IMG/VR virus record: IMGVR_UViG_3300031857_000054
Coordinates: 1 to 64,000 of that record
DNA length: 64,000 nucleotides
Origin: a virus
Reading direction: 5' to 3' (one strand)
Every line of letters starts with the position of its first letter. Position 1 is the first letter of the stretch. The position numbers and the translations under genes were made by a program. The notes below the pieces were generated by a model. It was not told where the DNA came from. It did no database searches and saw nothing but the letters and a program-made list of their open reading frames with translations. Positions 26,852 through 35,587 of this stretch are shown in pieces.

Positions 26852-27705
26852 GGAATGAACTGGTCGTGTAACTCAGTCCATTGTTTGATGTACTTAGCCT
26901 TTAAGTCGTGTCGGTAACGAATGTTCTTACCTCCGTATTGACTTATCTTGTTTTCTTGTATCTCAGGTTGCCACAAGAGATACTCTCCTTTAGTTCCATA
27001 CATAAGGTTGTGCTGATGTTTACCCTCATTGTGTGTGAGGAAGATAACCTCAGCTTTAACTAAATCTTTGTACTTTACATGCTCTTCTACTTGTTTGAAT
27101 AGATACTCGTAGTGTTCTAACCATCTATCGTGTACTATAATTGGAGAAAAGTTGATGTGAACGTCATAACCTGCTTCTATAAATCGGTCTATCGCTTTTA
27201 TCCGATCAAGTATAGGACTGGTATTTGGCTCTAAAAGATCTGCATAGTACTGAGGCATCAAAGAAAACCTAACTCTAACTTTACCTTCAGGGTTGAACTC
27301 AAGTAGTTTATTGTTTACATACTTGGTAGCAAATGAAGCCATAGCTTTAGGATGTTCTTTGAAGAACTGTAGAATGTACTGCCAAGGATAATACCTAAGA
27401 TGTAACGCAAAATCTTCATTACAAGAGATGTCATACGTTATATACTCATCATGTGTTTGGTTAGGCTTATCTACTACGGCAAAAGTGCAGTGGTTGTTTA
27501 TCTCTGTTAGTATATCATTGATATTGGTTGCCACTGTTAATCCATCAGGCTGGTGTCTTTTCATGTAGCAGTAGGAACAGTTGAACAAACAGCCATAGCC
27601 GAAAGAAGGACTAATGAAGTCAGTCGATCTTCCGCTAGGCCGTATGTCAAATGTTTTTCTTACAACTTCACGAATTGGTTGCCTTGCAATGTCCAATCTA
27701 TCCAT
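26824..27705 (-). CDS. splB: Spore photoproduct lyase-like radical SAM enzyme
   Basis: GCLFNCSYCY (CxxxCxxC), DISCNED, FATK, RVRFSL, EP.TS...RI, NFSPII. Confidence 0.85.
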   Translation of the reverse strand: MDRLDIARQPIREVVRKTFDIRPSGRSTDFISPSFGYGCLFNCSYCYMKRHQPDGLTVATNINDILTEINNHCTFAVVDKPNQTHDEYITYDISCNEDFALHLRYYPWQYILQFFKEHPKAMASFATKYVNNKLLEFNPEGKVRVRFSLMPQYYADLLEPNTSPILDRIKAIDRFIEAGYDVHINFSPIIVHDRWLEHYEYLFKQVEEHVKYKDLVKAEVIFLTHNEGKHQHNLMYGTKGEYLLWQPEIQENKISQYGGKNIRYRHDLKAKYIKQWTELHDQFIPWNTIRYIF

Positions 27706-28787
27706 TTTATTTTACTTATGTCAAAGTCCTCTAATGATTTTGCTACCCAGGTTTCGTCTACCGTGTTCTTGAAGCACAATACATGTACTGCTGCTACTTC
27801 ATCTTTGTTTAGACGAAGTGCACGGCCGATTTTCTGGGAAGCTTTCTTCTCGTTACCATAAGAGTGCATGATAACAATGTGTTTTAGATTAGGTACAGTA
27901 ACACCCTCACTGAGTTGTTCTACTGCACTTAATCTAGTTACTTCACCACTAGCAAACTTCTGTAGGTTAATCTCATTAACTGTTTTAGAGTTCTTGGAGT
28001 GGTGAGAATACTGACAGATAGCATCAGCTTGTTCTGTAGTATTGGCAAATAGTAAGCACTTTTCAGTGGGAGGTACTCGTTTAGATATGAAATCGGTAAA
28101 GAACAACTTAGTCTTGAACTGTTTAAGGGCATTTAGAAGGAAGATACGCTTCATAAACACTTGCTTGTCGCTTACTGCAGATTGAATCTGACTCTGCAAC
28201 CAGCTATAGTTCTTAGCTTCACTTGTAAGAAAAGTTTTATTTCCCTTCCCTACTTGTATGTTGTTTGCTGTACCTAAAGGTAATGTATGAACAAAGATTC
28301 TATAGTCGTTTAGAATCTCTTCACCTACAGCCTCGTCTACACCATAAGTATACTTAATGGGATAGTACTGCTCCATCATCTGTCCTTTCTCTCCATAGGT
28401 GTACTTTGGAGGTGTACCTGTAAGTCCTAGTATTCTTCCTGTAAAGTTACCTAAGAACTCATCGTGAGAACTCTTGGTATTGTGTGCTTCGTCTAGAATT
28501 ACAATGTCATAATCTTTTGGATTATGTTTTGTTAAGGAGATATAACTTGTAAAGGTTATACTTTGTAACAAGTACTCTAATCCAAACTTTGCTGCATCGT
28601 TCTTCCACGACTCAAAGATTGTAAGCTTGGGAGCCGCTACTAATACCTTACCACCAAATTTGTTGATGTACTGTAGACCTATATAAGTCTTACCTACACC
28701 CATACTAACATGCAGTCCTGCCCTTCTTGATGACAAGACTGCATCTAGTGCTTCTTTCTGAATTCTTTCTCTAATTTCCTGACTCAT
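27660..28787 (-). CDS. Superfamily 2 helicase
   Basis: GVGKT, DEAH, GLTGT, LSEGVTVP, QKIGRALR. Confidence 0.9.
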   Translation of the reverse strand: MSQEIRERIQKEALDAVLSSRRAGLHVSMGVGKTYIGLQYINKFGGKVLVAAPKLTIFESWKNDAAKFGLEYLLQSITFTSYISLTKHNPKDYDIVILDEAHNTKSSHDEFLGNFTGRILGLTGTPPKYTYGEKGQMMEQYYPIKYTYGVDEAVGEEILNDYRIFVHTLPLGTANNIQVGKGNKTFLTSEAKNYSWLQSQIQSAVSDKQVFMKRIFLLNALKQFKTKLFFTDFISKRVPPTEKCLLFANTTEQADAICQYSHHSKNSKTVNEINLQKFASGEVTRLSAVEQLSEGVTVPNLKHIVIMHSYGNEKKASQKIGRALRLNKDEVAAVHVLCFKNTVDETWVAKSLEDFDISKIKWIDWTLQGNQFVKL

Positions 28788-29295
28788 GTTTGGTCATTCC
28801 TTTTAAGATAGCTACGTAATTACCTGCTTCAGCGTATCTACCATCTATATTACGAAGATAACGATTTTGTATGTGAATATAACATCTAATGTTATCTTTA
28901 AAGGACTTATAACTTGCATGGTTAAGATGCTCTCCTGCTACAAACTCACACTTGTGCCACTTGATACCAAACAGATTTTTGTTTTGCTTACAAACCTGTG
29001 ATTTGTAGTTGCCTGACTCAATTCTAGCTTGAGCTATGGCAATAGAAGGTAAGACACACTTGTGTTTTACCAGTTCTTTTAGAATAGAACTGTCAGTCAT
29101 TGATACATCTCCGATAGTGATTGTGTCGGTAGTGTGTGTATGTATTTTACGAATGCTTGGTTCTTTTGCAATTAATACACAAATAATAATTACAAATACA
29201 AAATTTAGTAGCAAGGAAAATTTAGCTACAATGCCGAGATTACTGACTTTCTTTAACTTAAGGTCATCAGTTAGTTTAAAATATGTGTTTTTCAT
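28771..29295 (-). CDS. GH73 glucosaminidase with N-terminal TM anchor
   Basis: IAQARIESG, KNLFGIK, RYAEAGNY. Confidence 0.8.
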   Translation of the reverse strand: MKNTYFKLTDDLKLKKVSNLGIVAKFSLLLNFVFVIIICVLIAKEPSIRKIHTHTTDTITIGDVSMTDSSILKELVKHKCVLPSIAIAQARIESGNYKSQVCKQNKNLFGIKWHKCEFVAGEHLNHASYKSFKDNIRCYIHIQNRYLRNIDGRYAEAGNYVAILKGMTKHESGN

Positions 29296-29381
29296 AGTAC
29301 TATTTTTAATGTTTTAGATTACTAATATAGTATATTAAAGGGAAAAGAAAAAAAGGGAAGTACAATGACTTCCCTGTAGGT

Positions 29382-30269
29382 TTAATCAAAAGCTTTTAAT
29401 AGGAATTGCTTAAGTTCAGTTACATTGTTTAATGCAAACCTTAAGGTGTCCTTATTAGCTATAACAAAACGCATCAGTTTTCTATGATGAGTTCTAGTGT
29501 AATTAACCTCATGGAACAAGTTTACGAGTGACATAACAAAATATCTATTAGCTGCACGATCCATACGTGGCAGTTGGTTTAATATTTCGTTGATATCAGA
29601 CATCTTTTGTTCACTTGATGCTAAGTTTTTGATTCTAAACTTACCTGTTTTGATGCTGTTAGCCCCTGGAGTACCTGCTTTTAAGTCTAAACCTGCACAG
29701 ATAGCAGCAATCATGCTATACTCTAGGTCATACTTTTTCTGTAGTTCTAGTAGAGTTACGTAGTCACTGTGTATGTTTGACCAAGCTACGATGTAATCTT
29801 TCAACTGCCATGCCTTAGAAGAGGAGTTAAGCAAAGCAATTTTCTCTACCAAAGAAGGCAAAGAATCAATACAGATTTCTACAACAGGTATCTCTGTAAC
29901 TTTTAAACTCAAGAGTGCAGTGTACAAATGCTGACCATCTAAGATGTAGTAATGAGCAGTTTTTGACTTATACTTCAGCTTAACTACAACGATGGCTCTT
30001 AGATTACCCATCTTAAGCATAGACTTGCTTAATTTGTTGGCTTGTGAGGCAGCAACTTCTCTGTTTAGACTCTCAAATTGATAGAGAGGAACATCAGAAG
30101 AGATAAATTTAAGATTCTTAAGAGGATAATTGATGTCTTTACCAATCAATTGTTCATACTCTAGTTGAATCTTTTCGTCAGTTGTTAGAAACTTACTAGT
30201 TTCGGATGTGTCTAGTACCGCCTTAAGCATTTTAGCTGTATTGGCGATGTTCTCTGGAAATGTTTTCAT
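29382..30269 (-). CDS. ParB/Srx-like domain protein
   Basis: NR...LSKSM...IVV...ILDGQH...LNSSSKAW. Confidence 0.7.
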   Translation of the reverse strand: MKTFPENIANTAKMLKAVLDTSETSKFLTTDEKIQLEYEQLIGKDINYPLKNLKFISSDVPLYQFESLNREVAASQANKLSKSMLKMGNLRAIVVVKLKYKSKTAHYYILDGQHLYTALLSLKVTEIPVVEICIDSLPSLVEKIALLNSSSKAWQLKDYIVAWSNIHSDYVTLLELQKKYDLEYSMIAAICAGLDLKAGTPGANSIKTGKFRIKNLASSEQKMSDINEILNQLPRMDRAANRYFVMSLVNLFHEVNYTRTHHRKLMRFVIANKDTLRFALNNVTELKQFLLKAFD

Positions 30270-30329
30270 ATATTTTTTTTGTTAAGTTCAGTTAAAAAAA
30301 GCCTCCTGATTTCTCAAGAGGCTTCATGG

Positions 30330-30710
30330 CTAATCAATCCATCCCACAGTAGGTATTATTTCTCTAACCATACGTAGTTGCTCTATAAAGTTACAGGGTG
30401 TGAACTTGGGATACCCAAATCCCAAATCACCTGTTTCTCTATAACTAGTAGGAACAGTAGTTTTCACAGGAATTGTTACTTCCTGCTCTACTGCTAACCT
30501 ATAGGTAAGGTTAACACGTGCTTCACGCTTATCAGCCAATATGGTATCGACTGTTAAACTTCTGAACATGTCACGAACTTCCCGTGTGTGGATGAATTCA
30601 AGTTTGTCTAGTGCTTTCTTAATAGAACGCGCTTTAACTCTGAAGAAACGACTGGTATCAACTCTCTCGTAAGTTTTACCGTCAACTGTTTTAGATAATC
30701 TTTTTCTCAT
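30330..30710 (-). CDS. Hypothetical protein
   Basis: 126 aa, preceded by the cassette motif. Confidence 0.65.
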   Translation of the reverse strand: MRKRLSKTVDGKTYERVDTSRFFRVKARSIKKALDKLEFIHTREVRDMFRSLTVDTILADKREARVNLTYRLAVEQEVTIPVKTTVPTSYRETGDLGFGYPKFTPCNFIEQLRMVREIIPTVGWID

Positions 30711-30852
30711 AGGTCAGATATTAGTAGAAAGGGAAAGAAAAAATCCGACCGAAGGGAGGAATAAGAAAAGAAAATAGTCAGTCGGTTAAGACTGACTATC
30801 TATGAAAACCACATAAGACTAGACAATCCCATGTGGTTCTTCTTAATAACTA

Positions 30853-31047
30853 AAACAAACTCTCTTCTACGATTACCGTAGTTGTGGATTTTACTTATGG
30901 TTTGTTCCCCATAACCTGTTGACGTGCACATCAGAGCAGGATCCATTACAGCTATCCTTGAGTCATTAATGCTTATGGGTAGCTACTTCCCATAAGTCAA
31001 GTCTTCTTTCAATAGTGCTAACCTATATTCTGTAAGAGAGTTTGTTT
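30853..31047 (-). ncRNA. Candidate structured ncRNA (~195 nt) directly 3' of tRNA-Glu
   Basis: Perfect 14-bp closing stem AAACAAACTCTCTT/AAGAGAGTTTGTTT enclosing at least four hairpins; no ORF. Confidence 0.6.
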
Positions 31048-31121
31048 GGTAGCCCGTAGAGGAGTTGAACCTCTGTTTCTAGGATGAAATCCTATTGTCC
31101 TAACCGCTAGACGAACGGGCC
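31047..31121 (-). tRNA. tRNA-Glu(TTC) with encoded CCA
   Basis: GGCCCGTTCGTCTAGCGGTTAGGAC...ATTTCAT loop...GGTTCAACTCC...ACGGGCTACCA cloverleaf. Confidence 0.92.
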
Positions 31122-31271
31122 ATAAATGTTTCCCCTATTGCTAAGGGAAACAGATATATGAACTTCAAAAACTCTGACGCTATGAGAACATTACCAGATA
31201 ACCAGTAAAGTCAGAGTATAAAGGAAAAGAAAAAAGAAGGATTACTTAGAATCCTTCTAGTGTCTTATTAG

Positions 31272-31396
31272 TAGTCAGGACAGGAATCGAACCTGTAATT
31301 AATCTGTTTCGTTAGTGCTTTGCAGAATAACTATTCTGATTAATCCCCACCTTTCGGCTGTTATCTGGGTAGCGTTTACCATTCCGCCACCTGACT
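31272..31396 (-). ncRNA. tRNA-like RNA without a canonical anticodon loop
   Basis: Acceptor stem AGTCAGG/CCTGACT, D arm TGGCGGAATGGTAAACGC, T arm ACAGG-TTCGATT-CCTGT, ~75 nt central insert. Confidence 0.75.
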
Positions 31397-31514
31397 ATGA
31401 AAAAGTCCCACGAGCAGATCTAAGAGCGTAGCTTCTTAACGGTATGCAGGTGGGAACTTTCGGTTAAGGGATACTATCCCAAAAGGGGTTCAGCACAAAG
31501 ATAATTCTTTGTAG

Positions 31515-31787
31515 TTAATCCTGACCAACTTGCTTAGCCATAGAGTACAGCATGGCTTTTTGGAAAAGGTCCCTTAAGTCTCTGTCGCTATCTAAAGCTG
31601 CAGCTAATGTTTGTACAAGTTGACCTTTTTTTCCTTGGATAGTCGCACGAACAGATGTTTGCTCACCAAGGTCTACATAACCAATAGCAATCAATCCTTC
31701 TCTTTCACCGTTAAGGTCTAGTTGTTTAATAGTTTCAAATACACTGTCTAGTTGAAACTCTTCTGGGTTTTCATTTTGTTCTGACAT
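31515..31787 (-). CDS. Early hypothetical protein
   Basis: 90 aa; cassette motif upstream. Confidence 0.7.
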   Translation of the reverse strand: MSEQNENPEEFQLDSVFETIKQLDLNGEREGLIAIGYVDLGEQTSVRATIQGKKGQLVQTLAAALDSDRDLRDLFQKAMLYSMAKQVGQD

Positions 31788-32374
31788 AGGTTTCTAATAT
31801 TAGTAGGATAGGAAAGAAAAAAGAAAGGCCTATAAGGAAGAGATTAGTTAGCCCGTAAGATTGTATAGCCGCTTAAATTGATTAATCGCACACCATGGCT
31901 ACTGTTACCCTACTCCCCTATATAGAACAACTAACAGTAGAGAGAGAGAGAGAGTAATACCCGTAGATATAGAGAGAGGTATAGTAATGTCCTATAGAAC
32001 CGTATATAACCCTATCTGTAGTTTATCTATATTAAGTCGTTGTCAGTTATCTTAACCTAATGCAATTTAGAGTGAAGAGATAAAACTATGGGGGGATGAG
32101 TCCCCATCTCTCTAATGCATTCATTATCAATTAGTTATGAGAATCAATTCTTTGCTTTTTGCTGTAGTTTAGTGCACAAATATGCAATTCTCAGGCACTT
32201 TATTTGGTGTAAAATAGCGATAAATTGCATGAATTAGCTTCAAATAAGTGGCTTATGATTAGAACGTAAGATGTTAGAGCAGTTGCTTTTTTACTCTCTT
32301 TGGTTCCTACTGTTATTGTCTCTCTCTATATAGGGGAAAACAAAAGCACCCCGAAGGGTGCTCTTGGTTAACTG

Positions 32375-32956
32375 TTAGAAGGGAACATCGTCCGCATTCG
32401 CAGTTTCTTCTGCGGGAACATTCTCTGTAAGTGAAGAGAGGTCCGCTGTAGTACGCTGTGCGACAACCATTACTTTGTCAGCGTAGTCCTTGGTATCAGG
32501 GCGCAAGAAGCACTTACGATACACAAAGTTGCCGTGTCCGTCAGTAACACGCTGTTTGGTTTCTCTGTCCAATTTGAAGGCAGATTCACGAACAATGTAG
32601 TTACCGTTAGCGTCCTTTTCATTGATGATTTTGTAACTAACGGCTTCGTTAAAGTCAGCAGTTTCAATGATTTGGATACGCACAGCACGACCGAAAACAG
32701 ATTCCAAGTTTACAGGGCTGATGCCGTTGTCTTGGAATTTGTAGGGTTCGCTAGAAGAGGTATGCGAAATTTCGTCGGCTTTAATGCCAAAGGCTTTTTC
32801 GAATACATCCATAGAGAATGTGTGAATAGCGGTACGCAATAAACGAGATTGCAAACCGAGTGAGAAGGCGGATAGTGAGTCGGATTCTACGCCACATAGA
32901 ACGCTAACGGAACCTTTTCCGTTAACCCAAGCCGAATAAGCGTTAACTGTGCTCAT
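32375..32956 (-). CDS. Putative ssDNA-binding protein (early)
   Basis: 193 aa ending ADDVPF (SSB-type acidic tip); flanked by hairpin/motif units. Confidence 0.6.
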   Translation of the reverse strand: MSTVNAYSAWVNGKGSVSVLCGVESDSLSAFSLGLQSRLLRTAIHTFSMDVFEKAFGIKADEISHTSSSEPYKFQDNGISPVNLESVFGRAVRIQIIETADFNEAVSYKIINEKDANGNYIVRESAFKLDRETKQRVTDGHGNFVYRKCFLRPDTKDYADKVMVVAQRTTADLSSLTENVPAEETANADDVPF

Positions 32957-33324
32957 ACTGAATAGTAATTAGGCAAAAAGGAAAAGAAAAAACCCCCGTA
33001 GGGGGGATATCGGCCGTTAGGCGTAAGACCGTTAAACGCAAATGACCGAGCGAAGCGAGGTCTTATTGGCTTTGTTTAACTTTTATTTGTCTCAACACGG
33101 GGAATTTTTTGACTAGCCCTGTTTTGTTTAACTTTTTGTTTAACGTTTGGCTTACAAACTTACACAAACTTGTACCTGTTAAGCCGTAATTAGGACGTAA
33201 GATTGTAGTGTAGGCTTATCTTTTTTAGAGAAGAGGTGGTAATAGTAGGAAGGAAAAGAAAAAACGGAGGACGGTGATTAGGACTTAAGATGGTAGTGTA
33301 GGATGTCCTAGAGTACCAAAGGAG

Positions 33325-33612
33325 TCAGTCAGACTCCCTTGGATACACTATGAGACCTTTAGGTGTTAGTTCCGCTAGATCTTCCACAAAGCCGTCAACA
33401 AGTGTCTCTATTAGAGTGTACTTGTCAAAGACCATTACTAGAACTACACCGTGGTGAGTTTTAGTTGCTGTGTAGGATATGGGATGCATGTCTTTTACGA
33501 CATTACTTACGAAGGTTGAGTCATCTGATGTCATCTTCAATGAATCATTGACTTGTTGTCCACATGCTGTACAAGCCATGGACAAGAATAGGATTACGAA
33601 TAATGTTCTCAT
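33325..33612 (-). CDS. Early exported protein or lipoprotein
   Basis: MRTLFVILFLSMAC lipobox-like start. Confidence 0.7.
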   Translation of the reverse strand: MRTLFVILFLSMACTACGQQVNDSLKMTSDDSTFVSNVVKDMHPISYTATKTHHGVVLVMVFDKYTLIETLVDGFVEDLAELTPKGLIVYPRESD

Positions 33613-33650
33613 AGGATAAGAAAGAATAAACCCCCCGAAGGGGGTTATTG

Positions 33651-33998
33651 TTAGTCTTTACGTGGTCTACCCCGTTTGCCTTTAGGCTTGTCACTCTCTT
33701 CAGGTTCTACTGCTACTTCAGGTTCCACGTAATCCCAAGGCTTACCGAAGTACTCGAGATATGTTCTCTCCATTTCACGCAAGGTAGCACCGATGCTTTC
33801 TTGGTATTTGAACTGTTGAGTGAGTGTGAACTCTGACTGAAGGTTGCCGAGCATTTTAGACACGGTTCTTTCTTTGGTCAATTTGTAGAAATCTAATTGA
33901 CGTTCGATAGTGTAGCGCATTTCCATTTCTAGATTCTCTGCGTGTTTTTGAAGCATGTCGTTAATCAACGATTTAGCTTCGGGTGAGTTGGCTCTCAT
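33651..33998 (-). CDS. Early hypothetical protein with AT-hook-like tail
   Basis: Ends KGKRGRPRKD. Confidence 0.75.
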   Translation of the reverse strand: MRANSPEAKSLINDMLQKHAENLEMEMRYTIERQLDFYKLTKERTVSKMLGNLQSEFTLTQQFKYQESIGATLREMERTYLEYFGKPWDYVEPEVAVEPEESDKPKGKRGRPRKD

Positions 33999-34026
33999 AG
34001 CAGTAGGGAAAAGAAAAAAGAAGTCG

Positions 34027-34305
34027 TTAGACTTCCTTAAACTTTTTTAGTTGGTTAGTAAGAGTAGTCCATTCTATTCTTACTGTTGCCATCACCATCC
34101 TTAATGCTTTACTTTGTCTTTCGTTTCTTTCTTTCTCTTCTTGATTTAGTCCGATGAGTGGATTTTTACCTACTCTTTCCCTTCTTCTGTTTTCCACCTC
34201 AATCCTGTAAGTTTCCTTTTCTACCTTTGCTAATTGTCTACCTAACTTACCCAGAATGTCTTCCACAATCTGTAGCCGTAGTTCTAACATTATTTTTGAT
34301 TCCAT
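34027..34305 (-). CDS. Early coiled-coil protein
   Basis: 92 aa; motif 5 nt upstream of the ATG. Confidence 0.7.
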   Translation of the reverse strand: MESKIMLELRLQIVEDILGKLGRQLAKVEKETYRIEVENRRRERVGKNPLIGLNQEEKERNERQSKALRMVMATVRIEWTTLTNQLKKFKEV

Positions 34306-34327
34306 ATAATAGGAAAGAAAAAAGGTC

Positions 34328-34516
34328 TTACGACCCTTTCTCTATCAACTCACGGTATTTCCTAGCCTCATGCAGTAGATCTACTACATTGGATAGGAAC
34401 GACCGTTCAAGTCGAGCCAACGCTTTGTGTGAGTCATTCTCTGACTCATTAAGTTCTAATTGGATATCTACCACGATAGACTCCAACGCATCGAATACAT
34501 ATTCATATTTCTCCAT
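34328..34516 (-). CDS. Early hypothetical protein
   Basis: Start placed at MEKYEY (34516), just after the motif. Confidence 0.65.
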   Translation of the reverse strand: MEKYEYVFDALESIVVDIQLELNESENDSHKALARLERSFLSNVVDLLHEARKYRELIEKGS

Positions 34517-34607
34517 ACAATGAGAAAGAAAAAACTCTCTATCGTAGTTAGTTCTTAAGATTACAGTGCAGCCCAATCCAAGTTAAAAGGGGCTTTCGCC
34601 CCTGATG

Positions 34608-34727
34608 TTAGAATTTGTTGAACTCGTTGTGCCAGTAATTCTTGTTTGACTTGCTACAACTGTGACCACGACCTGATGCGCAGGACATCAGTCCCACAAT
34701 CACCACTGCTACTATTAGATATCTCAT
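34608..34727 (-). CDS. 39 aa putative lipoprotein
   Basis: MRYLIVAVVIVGLMSC...; motif upstream, hairpin downstream; not in the track. Confidence 0.6.
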   Translation of the reverse strand: MRYLIVAVVIVGLMSCASGRGHSCSKSNKNYWHNEFNKF

Positions 34728-34900
34728 ACAATAGAAAAGAAAAAACTACCCTGATATGCAGGGTAGTTGTAAGGGCGCTACCCCATGTTGTGGTCTTACG
34801 TGAACTAGCTTTACGTTCACCGCACTTTGGCAGATGAGTACATAATAGTAGGATATCCCTACTACTATAAGAAAGAAAAAAAGCCCGTGAGGGCTTTCTT

Positions 34901-35074
34901 CTAGGCTTTCTTTCGAGGCCAACTCAATAGTGCAAGTGCCCAGTAACCTAGTGCAATACATGCACTGAAGTACTGAATAGGACTACCAATAGGACACGCT
35001 GTCAAGGCAACCCATGCAGCCATCAAGCCCAATCCTATCAGGAACAAGCTTGGAATCTCTCTGTATTTACTCAT
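34901..35074 (-). CDS. 57 aa two-TM protein
   Basis: MSKYREIPSLFLIGLGLMAAWVALTA...; motif upstream; not in the track. Confidence 0.65.
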   Translation of the reverse strand: MSKYREIPSLFLIGLGLMAAWVALTACPIGSPIQYFSACIALGYWALALLSWPRKKA

Positions 35075-35101
35075 AGCACTATGAGAAAGAATAAACCGTC
35101 G

Positions 35102-35332
35102 TTAGACGGTTCTTCTTCTCTTTGTGTGTGCCATATCAATCCAGGTCAGCACTGCAATTGGCACCATCCATCCGAAGGCGAAGACCCACTCTACGACCTT
35201 GGTGAACTCTTCGCCCCAATCCGCGACCATTCCTGCTCTGAAATACACAGTCATGAAGCCACTTGCTACTACCCAAACCAAACCACTGATTGCCGCAATG
35301 GCAATCAATGTACTCTTTATTATTCTATTCAT
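35102..35332 (-). CDS. Two-TM early protein
   Basis: Start MNRIIKS at 35332, after the motif. Confidence 0.7.
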   Translation of the reverse strand: MNRIIKSTLIAIAAISGLVWVVASGFMTVYFRAGMVADWGEEFTKVVEWVFAFGWMVPIAVLTWIDMAHTKRRRTV

Positions 35333-35358
35333 AGAATAAGAAAGAAAAAACAATAGGA

Positions 35359-35541
35359 CTAATGTCCTATTGCTTTTGACTTACAATAATAGTAGGCATC
35401 CATAGCATCGGATGTTGTTTCATCCCATTCTACTCTTGTCTCTAGTTTAGGGTTCTTCTCGCAGAACTCATTGTAAGTCATTCCTTCTGTGTAGACCAAT
35501 GTCTCATCATTGTACGCTACTTGCGTGATTGTTATCTTCAT
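35359..35541 (-). CDS. Early hypothetical protein
   Basis: 60 aa; motif upstream. Confidence 0.65.
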   Translation of the reverse strand: MKITITQVAYNDETLVYTEGMTYNEFCEKNPKLETRVEWDETTSDAMDAYYYCKSKAIGH

Positions 35542-35587
35542 ACTATGGAACAGAATAAACCTGCCCCGAAGGGCAGGCTCTCTCTCT

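Noticed and set aside
30960-31047. Theta/HDV-like ribozyme after tRNA-Glu
   Set aside because: The sequence after CCA starts with an A-rich long-range stem; I could not build the nested double pseudoknot by eye.
31272-31396. tmRNA or ordinary tRNA-Leu
   Set aside because: No G3-U70 pair, too short for a tag ORF and pseudoknots, and no 7-nt anticodon loop.
31938-31980. (AG)n microsatellite as a phase-variation switch
   Set aside because: Intergenic, with no ORF or recognisable promoter spacing that depends on it.
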